64,000 bases of DNA from Paragordius varius (lineage: Eukaryota; Animalia; Nematomorpha), in NCBI GenBank assembly GCA_964247055.1, contig OZ176057.1, positions 3,844,001-3,908,000 on the forward strand, written 5' to 3'. Positions 26,083 through 37,100 of the stretch are shown here, one piece after another. Numbering within the stretch: position 1 is the stretch's first letter; every line of letters begins with the position of its first letter. The translations under genes and the position numbers were made by a program. The notes below the pieces were generated by a model, which made no database searches, was not told the DNA's origin, and saw nothing but the letters and a program-made list of their open reading frames with translations.

Positions 26083-28382
26083 TACCATTTGCACTTCAAG
26101 AGTGTCCTTGAACACTTCAAGTTGGTCCTTGAACAATTCAAGTTGGTCCTTGAACAATTCAAGTTGGTCCTTGAACATTTCAAGTTGGTCATTGAACACT
26201 TCAAGTTGGTCCTTTGACCTTTTTGTTTTGTTTTTAACTTTTATCAATCAAATCGTAGATAATTCATCTATTTTATGTTTTTAACCTATTTTCTATTATT
26301 TAACATAAATTTTAAATCGATATCAAGTTTTAATCTCTGAGAAACCGTATATCTTTATTAATTTCTTTAAATAATTTTGGATATTTATAAGATTTACGAA
26401 ATAAAAAAATATATAAATTTTATGAATTATTAATTAAAAATTTATTAAAAACATTTAAAAGTCAATAATTTTGTGTAATTGAAAAAAAATAGTTTGAAAC
26501 AAAAGGTTTTTAAATAAATAAATTTATTTTTAAATGAATAAATATATAATAAATAAAGAAAATTAGGTTAATCTATATATTTATAAAAATGGAAAATGCT
26601 AGCTTTGTGATCTGGTACAGGAAAACCGGTAGACCCAATCAAATCCAAATATCGAAAAAATATAATCATTAATAAATGTCCCGACAATAGCTTCGCCCTT
26701 TTTTTGAAATAGGCCCCCAGTTCGGGCCCACCCCGTAAGAAAAACGGTTTTTTTTTGAAAACAGAAGTCCACAAAAATCGTGTCTTTGAGACAATTTTCC
26801 GGAGAACGTGTTGGACCATTCAATTTTAAATATAATTTTTGTTTACTTATTTTCGATTGCGCTGAACATAGCCGAGCCACTTTTTTGATTTAGGCCCTCT
26901 TTTTACCCGCTCCCCCCGTAAAAAGCCACCTTTTTCAAAAAACAAAGTCCACAAAAATAATTTTTTAAATCGATTTTTCGCCCTAGGTATGAGACCGTAA
27001 AAATTCAATAAAGATTCCACATATTCCCTGTTAAAAGGCAAAAATTTTAGTCTACCGTTTATTTGATGATAGCTGCTGGGTAAGGAGCTACCCGCTAAAA
27101 ACTGATTTTTCATATAACTTTGTGATCTGTTTCCGGAAAACCGGTGAACCCAATCAAATCCAAACATCGAAAAAATTTAATCATTAATGAATGCCCCGAC
27201 AATAGCTTCGCCCTTTTTTGGAATTAGGTCCCCAGTTTGGACCCACCCCATGTGAAAAATGGGTTAAGTCAATTTTTTGGAGAACGTGTTGGACCATTCA
27301 ATTTCAAATATGATTTTTGTTTACTTAATTTCGATTGCGCTGAACATAGTCGAGCCACTTTTTTGATTTAGGCCCTCTTTTTACCCGCTCCCCCCGTAAA
27401 ATGCCATTTTTTTCAAAAAAAAAACAAAGTCCACAAAAATATTTTTTTGATTGTATTTTTTTTCCTACGGTATGAGCTGTAAAAATTCGAGAAGGTTTTT
27501 TCGTATTGCCTGTTAAAAGGCAAAAATTTTAGTCCACCGTTTATTTGATGATAGCTGCTGGGTAAGGAGCTACCCGCTAAAAACTGATTTTTCATATAAC
27601 TTTGTGATCTGTTTCCGGAAAACCGGTGAATTCAAATCCAAACATCGAAAAAATTTAATCATTAATGAATGCCCCGACAATAGCTTCGCCCTTTTTTGGA
27701 ATTAGGTCTCCAGTTTGGGCCCACCCCGTGTGAAAAATGGGTTAAGTCAATTTTTTGGAGAACGTGTTGGACCATTCAATTTCAAATATGATTTTTGTTT
27801 ACTTATTTTCGATTGCGCCGAACATAGTCGACTCACTTTTTTGATTTGGGCCCTCTTTTTACCCGCTACCCCAGTAAAATGCCATTTTTTTCAAAAAAAA
27901 ACAAAGTCCACAAAAATAATTTTTTGATTGTATTTTTTTTCCTACGGTATGAGCTGTAAAAATTCGAGAAGGTTTTTTCGTATTGCCTGTTAAAAGGCAA
28001 AAATTTTAGTCAAGCGTTTCTTTGATGATAGATGCTGAGTAAGGAGTATCTATCATATATATAGCATGTTAAAAGATATATGGATATTAATACATTATTT
28101 ATGGTAATCTATATATTTATAAAAATGAAAAATGCTGGCTTTGTGATCTACAGGAAAAACGGTAGACCCATTCAAATCCAAACTTTGAACCCCCCCCCCT
28201 CCAGAAGTCCGAAGGACTTCCTCGGGCTGCGTAGCAGCACGAGATTCACGCTAGTAAATAATAAAATAAAACAAATAAATACAAAAATTATGGTTAAATC
28301 AAAATTTATAAATTTTAAGAACCAACTTGAAGTGTTCAAGGACCAACTTGAATTCAAGGACACTCTTGAAGTGCAAATGGTA
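26083..28382. mobile_element. TA-flanked TIR element with 21-bp tandem subterminal repeats (variant subfamily), host of Helitron copy 1
   Basis: TA|TACCATTTGCACTTCAAGAGTGTCCTTGAA...TTCAAGGACACTCTTGAAGTGCAAATGGTA|TA. The left arm carries ~5 tandem copies of TTCAAGTTGGTCCTTGAACA(A/C/T); the right arm has fewer. Confidence 0.8.
26572..28254 (+). mobile_element. Non-autonomous Helitron-like element with internal tandem array (copy 1)
   Basis: 5' end A|TCTATATATTTATAAAAAT; 3' end has hairpins GAAGTCC-GAA-GGACTTC and GCTGC-GTA-GCAGC followed by ...CACGCTAG|T. Inserted between A and T with no TSD. The interior is ~480-540-bp tandem monomers; no Rep/helicase ORF. Confidence 0.85.
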
Positions 28383-28506
28383 TAGCAAAATATAGAGAAA
28401 TATGCATTATATATTATGAAATTTATTTAAAATTTAGCTAAAATGCGTATATGATAAAAATATAAATTTTAATTTTGGACTTTTATCATATACGTATTTA
28501 TCTTAA

Positions 28507-29585
28507 TCTATTTATTTATAAAAATAGAAAATGCTGGCTTTGTGATCTGTTTCCGGAAAACCGGTAGACCTATTCAAATCCAAATATCGAAAAAATGTAT
28601 TCATTAATAAATGCCTGGACATTAGCTTCGCCCTTTTTTAAATTAGGCCCTCAGTTCGGCCGTGTAAAAAACGGGTTTTTTATGAACACAGATACGTGTC
28701 TTTGAGACAATTTTCGAAACGTGTTGGACCATTCGATTTTCTATGATTTTTTTTACTTATTTTAGATTGCGCGGAACATAGACGGCTTAGGCCCTCTTTT
28801 TACCCGCTCTCCCCGTAAAATGCCATTTTTTTTAAAAAAACAAAGTCCACAAAAATAATTTTTTGAATCTATTTTTCGCCGAAGGTATGAGACCGTAAAA
28901 ATTCAATAATCCACGTATTCCCTGTTAAAAGGCGAAAATTTTAGTCGCGCGTTTCTTTGATGATAGCTGCGGGGTAAAGAAATACCCGCTAAAAACTTAC
29001 CGGTCATATCAAAATAGCGTGCTCTTGGGGCCGAATTTCAGAAAACTTATCAGCCATATGAGTTTAATAGCTGCTTAAAGTATAACACGTAACAAGGCAA
29101 AAATTTAGGTCGTACGTTTTTTTAAAATTAGCCGTTAATTAGGCCCTTCACGCCCTGAAAAATGCGCCACCATATAATGATTTTTTAATTTTGACGCAAT
29201 TTTTCCAAAAACTAATAAGAGCATATGGATTCAGTATTTTAGGTGTTCTCCGTGAAAAGGCAAAAATTTTAATCAAGCGCTTTTTTTGTATCAGCCTCTG
29301 GGTAAGAAGCTACCCGCCAAAAACTGCGCCACTATATAGAAATTTCGTTGTTTTGGAACCAATTAAAAAAACTTATGCCATATGAGGTCATTTAAAGTTC
29401 GATACCGATAACTAGGTAAAAATTAAGGTCAGGCCTTTTTTATCAGCCGTTAAATTGGGGCCTTTATGCCCTAAAAATACGCCATCATTAAGGATTATTT
29501 AGGATTGGGTATTATTTCGAAAACGCATGAGACGATGGTCTCAAAAATGATTCCAAATATTTTCCCTATAAAGGGAAAAAAATTT
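28507..29585 (+). mobile_element. Degenerate, 3'-truncated copy of the same Helitron-like family (copy 3)
   Basis: Starts A|TCTATTTATTTATAAAAATAGAAAATGCTGGCTTTGTGATCTG, followed by one decayed monomer and four divergent ~160-bp units. No 3' hairpin/CTAG; abuts the RTE fragment. Confidence 0.7.
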
Positions 29586-29589
29586 ACGT

Positions 29590-30401
29590 TCACGAAAACC
29601 TAGAAAACAGTCTCCGAACTTTTATAAATATATGTGCAAAAAATACAATCTAACATTAAACCTCAACAAAACTAAAATATTACATATTATTCCTATGATT
29701 CGCTTCGGATTAATAACGAACAATTCAATTGGCCAACGAATATACATACCTTGGAAGCATTATCAACAATTCAAAGCTCCAGTTCACAAGAAATAAAAAG
29801 ACGCCTAGCTAACGCCAAATGCGCTTAGCCTCACACTAGATATGGAAATTTCATGACATAAATTTACTAAAACAGAAATCCGACTTATAAACGCACAAAT
29901 ACTTTCTATTATGATATACGCATGTGAAAGCTGGACTATTAAAAGTAAGGACGAGAAAAGAATCAAAACGCTTTTGATATGTTTTGATGGAAAAAAATAC
30001 TAGGTATAAGATAAAAGGACAGAATAAAGAACATGGACATCGTAAACATCATCAACGTACAAACAACGCTTCGGAAATATTTTTACTTTATACTTTAAAA
30101 TTTAGTTTATCTTTTATTTTTTACGTTTGAAGATTACTAGTAGTAATCGTAAATTCATAATAAATTCATATAATTTTAGCTGAATTATAATTGCATTAAT
30201 AAGAAAACGAAAATTTGGTTACTTTGGACACATTATTTGGGGACATTCTTTGAAAAAGCAAGTAAATGGCAAGAAAAAAATAGCGAAATCTTATCATTTT
30301 CCAAATTGTCACTGAAAAAACGATCTCAAAAAGCCCACGACAGAACCAAGTTGAGGAAAAATCGCTAATGGTAAATAACCGACAACAAGCAACAACAACA
30401 A
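29590..30401 (+). mobile_element. RTE-clade non-LTR retrotransposon, decayed 3' fragment
   Basis: Broken translation gives KKYNLTLNLNKTKILHI, EYTYLGSII, SQEIKRRLANAK, IRLINAQILSIMIYACESWTIK, RKRKFGYFGHII, AHDRTKLRK, ending in a (CAA)n-like tail at ~30381-30401. These match the post-RT C-terminal region of RTE/BovB-type LINEs. Confidence 0.8.
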
Positions 30402-31042
30402 TTTCGCACATTTTTTTGAATGAGTGATGACCGTTTTTATAAAAAAAATTTTCTTAAAGTTTTTACATTTTGTCTTTACAATTTTATTTTAATTGGACCT
30501 TTTTCAAAATTACGTTAATTCTTTAATGTAGAGCCCTTCCTTATGCCATAAAAACAAATTTTTTCAGGAGTTCTTAATCAATTTATATTAATATTTGGCT
30601 TAAAGATAATACAAAATACTATTGATAATTATGATTTTTAGTATTTCATTTCCAAAATATATTTATAAATATCTTGTACACTGTATCAAAGGAAAAACTT
30701 ATTTCATTGAATTCATTTATAAAAAATTAGACCTCAAAAATATTAGATAATAGAACTAGCAGATTTTTCTGGTATATGCAAAATCAAAGCACAAAAAAAT
30801 CAAATTTAATAATAACATTTTATGAAACAATGTTTTCAAATGTGTCTTGTTTGCATAATCAACCAAACACAATGACCAATCAATTTACCATTTTACCTAG
30901 ATATAATATATATATTAAAAATAATATAAGAGTTTTTTTGTTATAAAGAAAGATAGTAAATTTTTATAATTAGGCCAAAAATTTATAAGAGATAATTTTT
31001 TAAAAAAATGAATACAAAATATTTGAGATTAATTAAAAATAT

Positions 31043-31940
31043 CTAATTACCTTCAACATTCAAAATCATGTTATAGTATTTGTGATGATTTAACAAATCT
31101 ATCGCTTTCCTTGCATCTTGTTGATATTTGTAGGTTATGTAAGCGATGCCCTACATTAAAATATGTATGAATAAATATTAAGAAATTCGGTAATAATTGA
31201 ATAAATATTATGTAAGGCGTAGGTACAATTATATAATAAAATAAATGTAAACGCAAAAACTAAATAAAATACTTTTCCATAATAATCCTATAATTAATTC
31301 ATAATTTTAGGTTTATGCGGTCAAACTTACCTTAACCCATACTAATCTAAAAAATGTTTAAAAAATTTTAAAAAAATTATACTATATAATAAAAAGGTAC
31401 CGATTTTTTCCTTTTGAACTAACGTTTATACTTACTTACTTGATAATTATAAGCGTTTTATCTTAATTTTTGAAGGTCTCCACTAATAACCTTAAAGATT
31501 CTTGTCTAAGCATTTGGTAATGTTGAGACGTTCATAATTTTTATGCCATATTTTATATTGTCGTTCCAAGATTGAAAAAATTAAGCTTTTAAACTATAAA
31601 ACTTTGGCATTTTTGGCATATATTGAATATTCTTTTTATTATTAAAAGAAACATATACCATTTATGATTCATTCACCCTAAACAATTAATTCACCCTTAG
31701 ACAATTCATATTCACCTTAAAATAAATTATATGTTTTTTAGGATTAAAAATTACCTGTATATTTATATATATGTGTATATAAATGAAATTTTATTTTAAA
31801 TGGAAATAATACTGCAAATTAATAAACTATGCCATAAAGATATATTTCATATTAATAATTAGTTAGTTATATGAGCCCCAAAAAAATATTTTAATTTTGG
31901 TGGAATTTGAATTGTTCAAGGGTGAGTTTGAACTGTAAAT

Positions 31941-31984
<44 letters not shown>

Positions 31985-34109
31985 AAATTACCTTAGACGC
32001 CTTTGTAACCTTGTCCTTTATAAGGGCAGTTTTAAAGATGGGGCCTATGGGACCAAATAATTCGGCTAAATCTTTTTCTACGCAAATTGCTGGCAGATTA
32101 CTAACTTTTACAGTACATTCATCTAGATGCACAAATCAGGTTTATTTGAAAAAAACATTTTAATGCAATTATTATATATATGTTATATCTCCTATATGTG
32201 CGATAGACAAACATAAAAATAATTTACTTGGAGAAATTTTTTTCCATAATTAAAATACCATAATAATTAATGTATCGTTTTTGAATGCTAAATTTTAGTG
32301 GGCTTAGAGTAGAGTAAAAATTATTTACGTTTAAAAAAAACCCTTTTACCCATAAAAATATAATATAAAAATTAAAATTACAAATTAACTATTTATAAAA
32401 TTATATACAGTAGACCCCTAAGTGAGCATTTTTTCGTGTAAAGAGGGCTTATGAATAAATAGCATGCTTAACATCATGCACTTTCCCGATTTCTAAATAT
32501 AGCCCTATAATTTTTAGATTATCATCGTTCAGAGTGGAATATACATTTACATAAACTTGTTGCTATGTGGATATTAAAAAAGCAGGCATTAAAATAAAAG
32601 ACTGGTTTATTTTATGATTATTATGATTACATTTGGTATGATTAAAAAAATTTAGCTTTTAAATTATTATTAGTTGTATTTTGGATTTTTAGCAATTTAA
32701 AAACTAGCTGTTTATATTACCTCTTTGTTTCTGTTGAGCCTCATAACTACTGTAAGGTCCTGCTGCACTCAGAGTATTGTTTCCAAAAGAGGGCACATTC
32801 CCGCCCCTTCGACTAGGGGGAACATATTTGGAGGGACCACCGCCGGAAGTGCCGCCATCTTGGACATCAGCTGATACGTTTGAATATATACTATCACTAG
32901 GGAGTGGAGGAAATGGATTGTTACTGTTGGATATACTACCATCTATGCTGTAATCTTTTTTAGCGTTACTCGTGAGATTGAAGGCCCCCTTGAGAGTCGG
33001 TATAATTAATCTTGTTTCGAGTCCTGAAGTATCGGTTTGTACCAAATCTAATGATTTAAGAAAAGGAAAATTAATTTAGAAATAGACAAATAAATAAAAT
33101 GTTTTGATAAGTCAAATTTAAAAAATGACATGGTATATCTACCACAAGATCTTAGATTACAAATAATATATAAGAAACAACTTTCCTGTAAAACACATGC
33201 GTAAAAAAATAACCTTTCTTATCACAAGCGCTGGTAAAATGCGCCCCCTGGCAAATACGACATGTAATTGCTCCCGTTCCCGAAACTTTAAAAATGGCGT
33301 CCGTTTGGGTCAAATTTTTACTACCGTCTGCTCCTAAACCAGGTCCCAGCTGTTTGGCAGCATTAAGATTTAGGAATTCCATTTTAATCTCTTCACATTG
33401 TTTCTTGTTTATATCGGGCTCATTATCATCCATTCCCAATACATTTCCATTTGTTTCTGTGGTTGTGGTAGCATTACCAAATTTTTTCCATGCCTAAATA
33501 TGTTTTTTGAAAATTATAATCCGCTTTTATCAGCTATATATCTTTTTTAGAATTTTTGTACATAAACTGATTGAAATTTTTGTGTACTTTTAAAAATAGT
33601 ATATAATTAAACTATTAAAAACGAAAAGCAGCTAATAATATATTACTACTTCATTTTGATTAATACTCATTGAAAATAAAAAATGTATATCCCATAAAAT
33701 AATATATTTTAAAAAAATAAAATTTACAGATAAACCGATAAAGTAAAACGGTCATAACTGCGGTTAGGTTTTAAAAAATAATAGTACCGGTATCTCAATT
33801 ATGCAAAAAATATACTTTTCTTTTAATAACTGATTTAGGAACTTTCCGAATCTCAATTTTATACTTCCGTACAATCTAAATGTTTTACATATAATTATAA
33901 TGAACTTGAAAACGTTTTCCATCCTTATCAGTAACAATTTCCTTCACAATCTTTATATCATCTTTTTGTTCAATCGTTATGTTTTTATTTTTTAACTTTT
34001 CATCCTCTTCTTGCTGATCGGCCCAATTTTTTCTTAACCGTTTAAGAAAAATAATTTACAATTGAATATAGAAATATATAAGTAAATAATATAATTTTTA
34101 CGTGTTCAT
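31043..34109 (-). CDS. EIF3G: Eukaryotic translation initiation factor 3 subunit G (~346 aa; C-terminus uncertain)
   Basis: Exons 34109-34102, 34032-33906, 33875-33816, 33493-33214, 33047-32721, 32122-31992, 31150-31043 (a possible donor at 31050 could add one more short exon). Motifs: NWADQQEE, DKDGKRFQIVRKYKIEIRKVPKSVIKRKAWKKFG, zinc knuckle CRICQGAHFTSAC, KYVPPSRR, and RRM (TVKVSNLP...DLAELFGPIG...KDKVTKASKGIAYITY...MILNVE). Confidence 0.96.
31656..31944. mobile_element. MITE family A in an eIF3g intron
   Basis: TA|TACCATTTATGATTCATTCACCC...TTCAAGGGTGAGTTTGAACTGTAAATGGTA followed by (TA)n. Confidence 0.8.
31943..31977. repeat. (TA)n microsatellite
   Basis: Pure TA run extending from the MITE end. 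Similar runs occur at 1001-1023, 3311-3337, 14617-14644, ~46661-46677, ~51346-51381, ~56652-56673 and 57411-57436. Confidence 0.95.
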
Positions 34110-34163
34110 GGTTTTTATTGTAGCAATTCAGAAAAAACGGGGATCAATGAATGAATGGAATAA
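34110..34163. promoter_or_regulatory. 54-nt interval between the divergent eIF3g and COQ7 start codons (putative bidirectional promoter or overlapping 5' UTRs)
   Basis: eIF3g ATG at 34109-34107 (minus) and COQ7 ATG at 34164 (plus). The regulatory role is inferred from geometry only. Confidence 0.55.
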
Positions 34164-37100
34164 ATGTTAAAAACTAAAGTTTCAAATTTTGTTTATTATA
34201 TTTTGTAGAATATTTTCCCTATAAAATCAATAAACAATCATTATTCCTTGAAATATCCTCGGTTGGATGAAAGAACACGGAAAATATATGATAGAATATT
34301 GCGAGTAAATCATGCAGGTGAATTAGGCGCTGATAGGATATATGCTGGCCAATTGTTTATATTACAAAATACATCGGTTGCTCCAACAATTAAGGTTGAT
34401 AAATTTAATTTGCACTTTTTTAGCTTATAGTTACTTAAAATACTATATTAGTATTTAAATTGGATTAACGTGTTTTATTAATTAGTATTGCTTATCTTCA
34501 TATAACGGTTTTAAATTTTTGTTTTAATGCCGTTAAATAGTTTATTATTGTTATTCTACTTAAAGCACCCTATGAATTTTAGCGACAAGTTAGAATATTA
34601 AATTTAAATAATAATTATCTATATTTTTTAGTTTACATTATTGGTAGCAATTTACATAAGTTTTATTCATGTATTTATTAAACACGTAAATACCAACAAT
34701 ATCTATATTTAGTAAAATTTTTAGCAATGTTTTATAGTTTATCATTTTATTAAACGTCAAATATTAAATTTTCTACTTACTTAGCATATGTGGGAGCAAG
34801 AAAAGCAACATCTACAAACGTTTGAACATCTTATCCAAAAATATAATACAAGGCCTTCCTTTTTAGTTCCCCTGTGGAGTTTAGCGGGTTTTGCCCTTGG
34901 GGCTGGCAGTGCTCTTTTGGGAAAACGTACCGCTATGGCGTGTACAGTCGCTGTTGAAACTGTCATATCTGATCACTATAATAAGTATGTATATGTTAAA
35001 AAATAATGTGGCCATATCTTAATCTTGAATTCAAAAATAATTTTGAATAAATTATCCAAGTGCTCATTACCAGCGAAAATAAATGAGTGTTTGGTGATAT
35101 TCAATATTATTTCTGAATCAATGCGAAAAAAAACCTAGATTTAAAGCGTTATTAGTATGTCTTCTTCAAAAATTATTTATTATTGTAAAAAATTTGGCAT
35201 AATACTTTTTATATCGTAATTTTGCACTAAATACTACATAATTAAATAATTATTTTATAATTTTATTACAAAATCATTTTCAATTTTGCAAATGATAAGT
35301 AAAATTAAATTTTTAAAGATCGTAACTAGAGACAATTATTTTAAAGGCTCCGATAGTTTTACAAATTTGATTTTTACAATGATTACCATATATTTAATTG
35401 ATATTTATTTCAATCCCAAAACCAAAAGTTAAAAACATTGTTGTCTTCTGTTTAGTTTATGTTTTATAACCAATAATTTTATAAATTAGTCAAATCCGAG
35501 AACTATTACACCTTAAAAAAGATGAATCCGTTTCCACAAACGATAAAGATTCATCCATGAATCAATATACGCAAAATGTGGACAATTCTGAATCATATAA
35601 AGATGACTCTAAATCTTGGAATAACGCTACAGAAGAAAAAGATGAGGAACTTATTAAAGTGACATTTTTTAATTATAATTTTCCGACTAAAAAATCGTGA
35701 ATTTTTGAGGCCAGAATTTAAGAAAGAATAGAGCAAAGTATTATAACAAAATTAAAGGTTAAACATACAATTATTTATGTGAAAAATATTAATTTTAAAA
35801 CTGATTTTGCATAGTTTTTTGCTTTAGATGGGAAATAAAAAGAATTAAAACTGTAAACGTATTTTATGATTTCAAGTTGGAATCAAGAATTAATTTTTTT
35901 ATGTAACAATTTTTTAAATGTTTTGTTTTTATAATTGTAACAGTTGTGAAACAGAGTCCGGATACAATAAAGCAATTTTTTTAATCACACGAAAAATGTT
36001 TCAGACATTCAGAATATCTTAATTTTTATGAAACATTAGTTTACTTGATATTAAAAAATAAAATTATGGTGGTATAAAACACTAAAATTATATAATGTAT
36101 TAATTATATTATTGAATTTTAATCCCAGCAACTATAAAATAATCATTTATTGATTAATGGATATGGTTGGTTTTAAAAGCAATCGATTAATATATTTCCT
36201 TGTTTTCGTTAAGTTACATAAATGAATTTACTCTGTGGATATATATTAATTGGTTACATTTTATATCTTCTTGGTTAAAACGCATGTTTTTTTACACTTT
36301 ATTTATTACACTGGATAACAGATTTTTCTGCCACTCGAGTTTTTTGCATTTTCTGATATTTAGTTTTATTTTAACAGTAAATCTGAAATAAAAATTATAA
36401 ATGGAAGAGTATAATTTGATTTTTTTGATTATGCGCCCTCTTTATCAAAATTTTACTAAAAATTGTTTTTCTTAGAAAATATACAAGTAATGCCCATTAG
36501 TAATATATCATTCGAAAGAGTAATAAAAACTCTATAAAATTCATACTAATATGTATTACATCGACAGTAATATTGGACACAAAGAGCGACAAACGCCCGA
36601 AGCGAGAGCATTTTTTTTAATTATTATATAATTAAAACTAATGGATGAAAATAGCTCAAACTTTGTTTAGATGGTGATGAATGTCTAAAAAAGATAAGAC
36701 AATAAGGTTTTTTTGATTAAAACATTTTTTGATTGCTTTTATGTCACTCAAAACAGCCATTTTTAAGTTTTTTGTTTTTTAAAAAATTACCATCTCATCG
36801 AGGCTGATAATTTCGAGATTTTAAAGATAAAAACAAAGTTTAAGGTATATTTGATCTTTTATAGTTATTATATGCATTTTAATATCAACTAGGTAAACTA
36901 TTTAGGATAATAATAATTTTTATTAAAAAAGCAAACAAAAAGCTTTTTCAAACATTTTTTTAAATTAAATACTATTATAACCCTAATATTTATATTAAAA
37001 TAATTTATATGATTTTCAAATTAGTTTGTCTGTGAAAATCTTTGACTTATTTAAGGATTGAATATTTCGACCATTTAAATCCAAATAACTTTTACATCCG

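Noticed and set aside
26102-26284. 21-bp direct repeats and the (LNNSSWS)n ORF, superficially CRISPR-like or a repeat protein
   Set aside because: The repeats are contiguous with no spacers, there are no cas genes, the context is eukaryotic, and the units form one arm of an inverted-repeat element.
29805-29840. GCTAACGC...GCGCTTAGC hairpin plus CTAG as the 3' end of Helitron copy 3
   Set aside because: It lies inside the RTE coding remnant (EIKRRLANAK) and is followed by A, not T.
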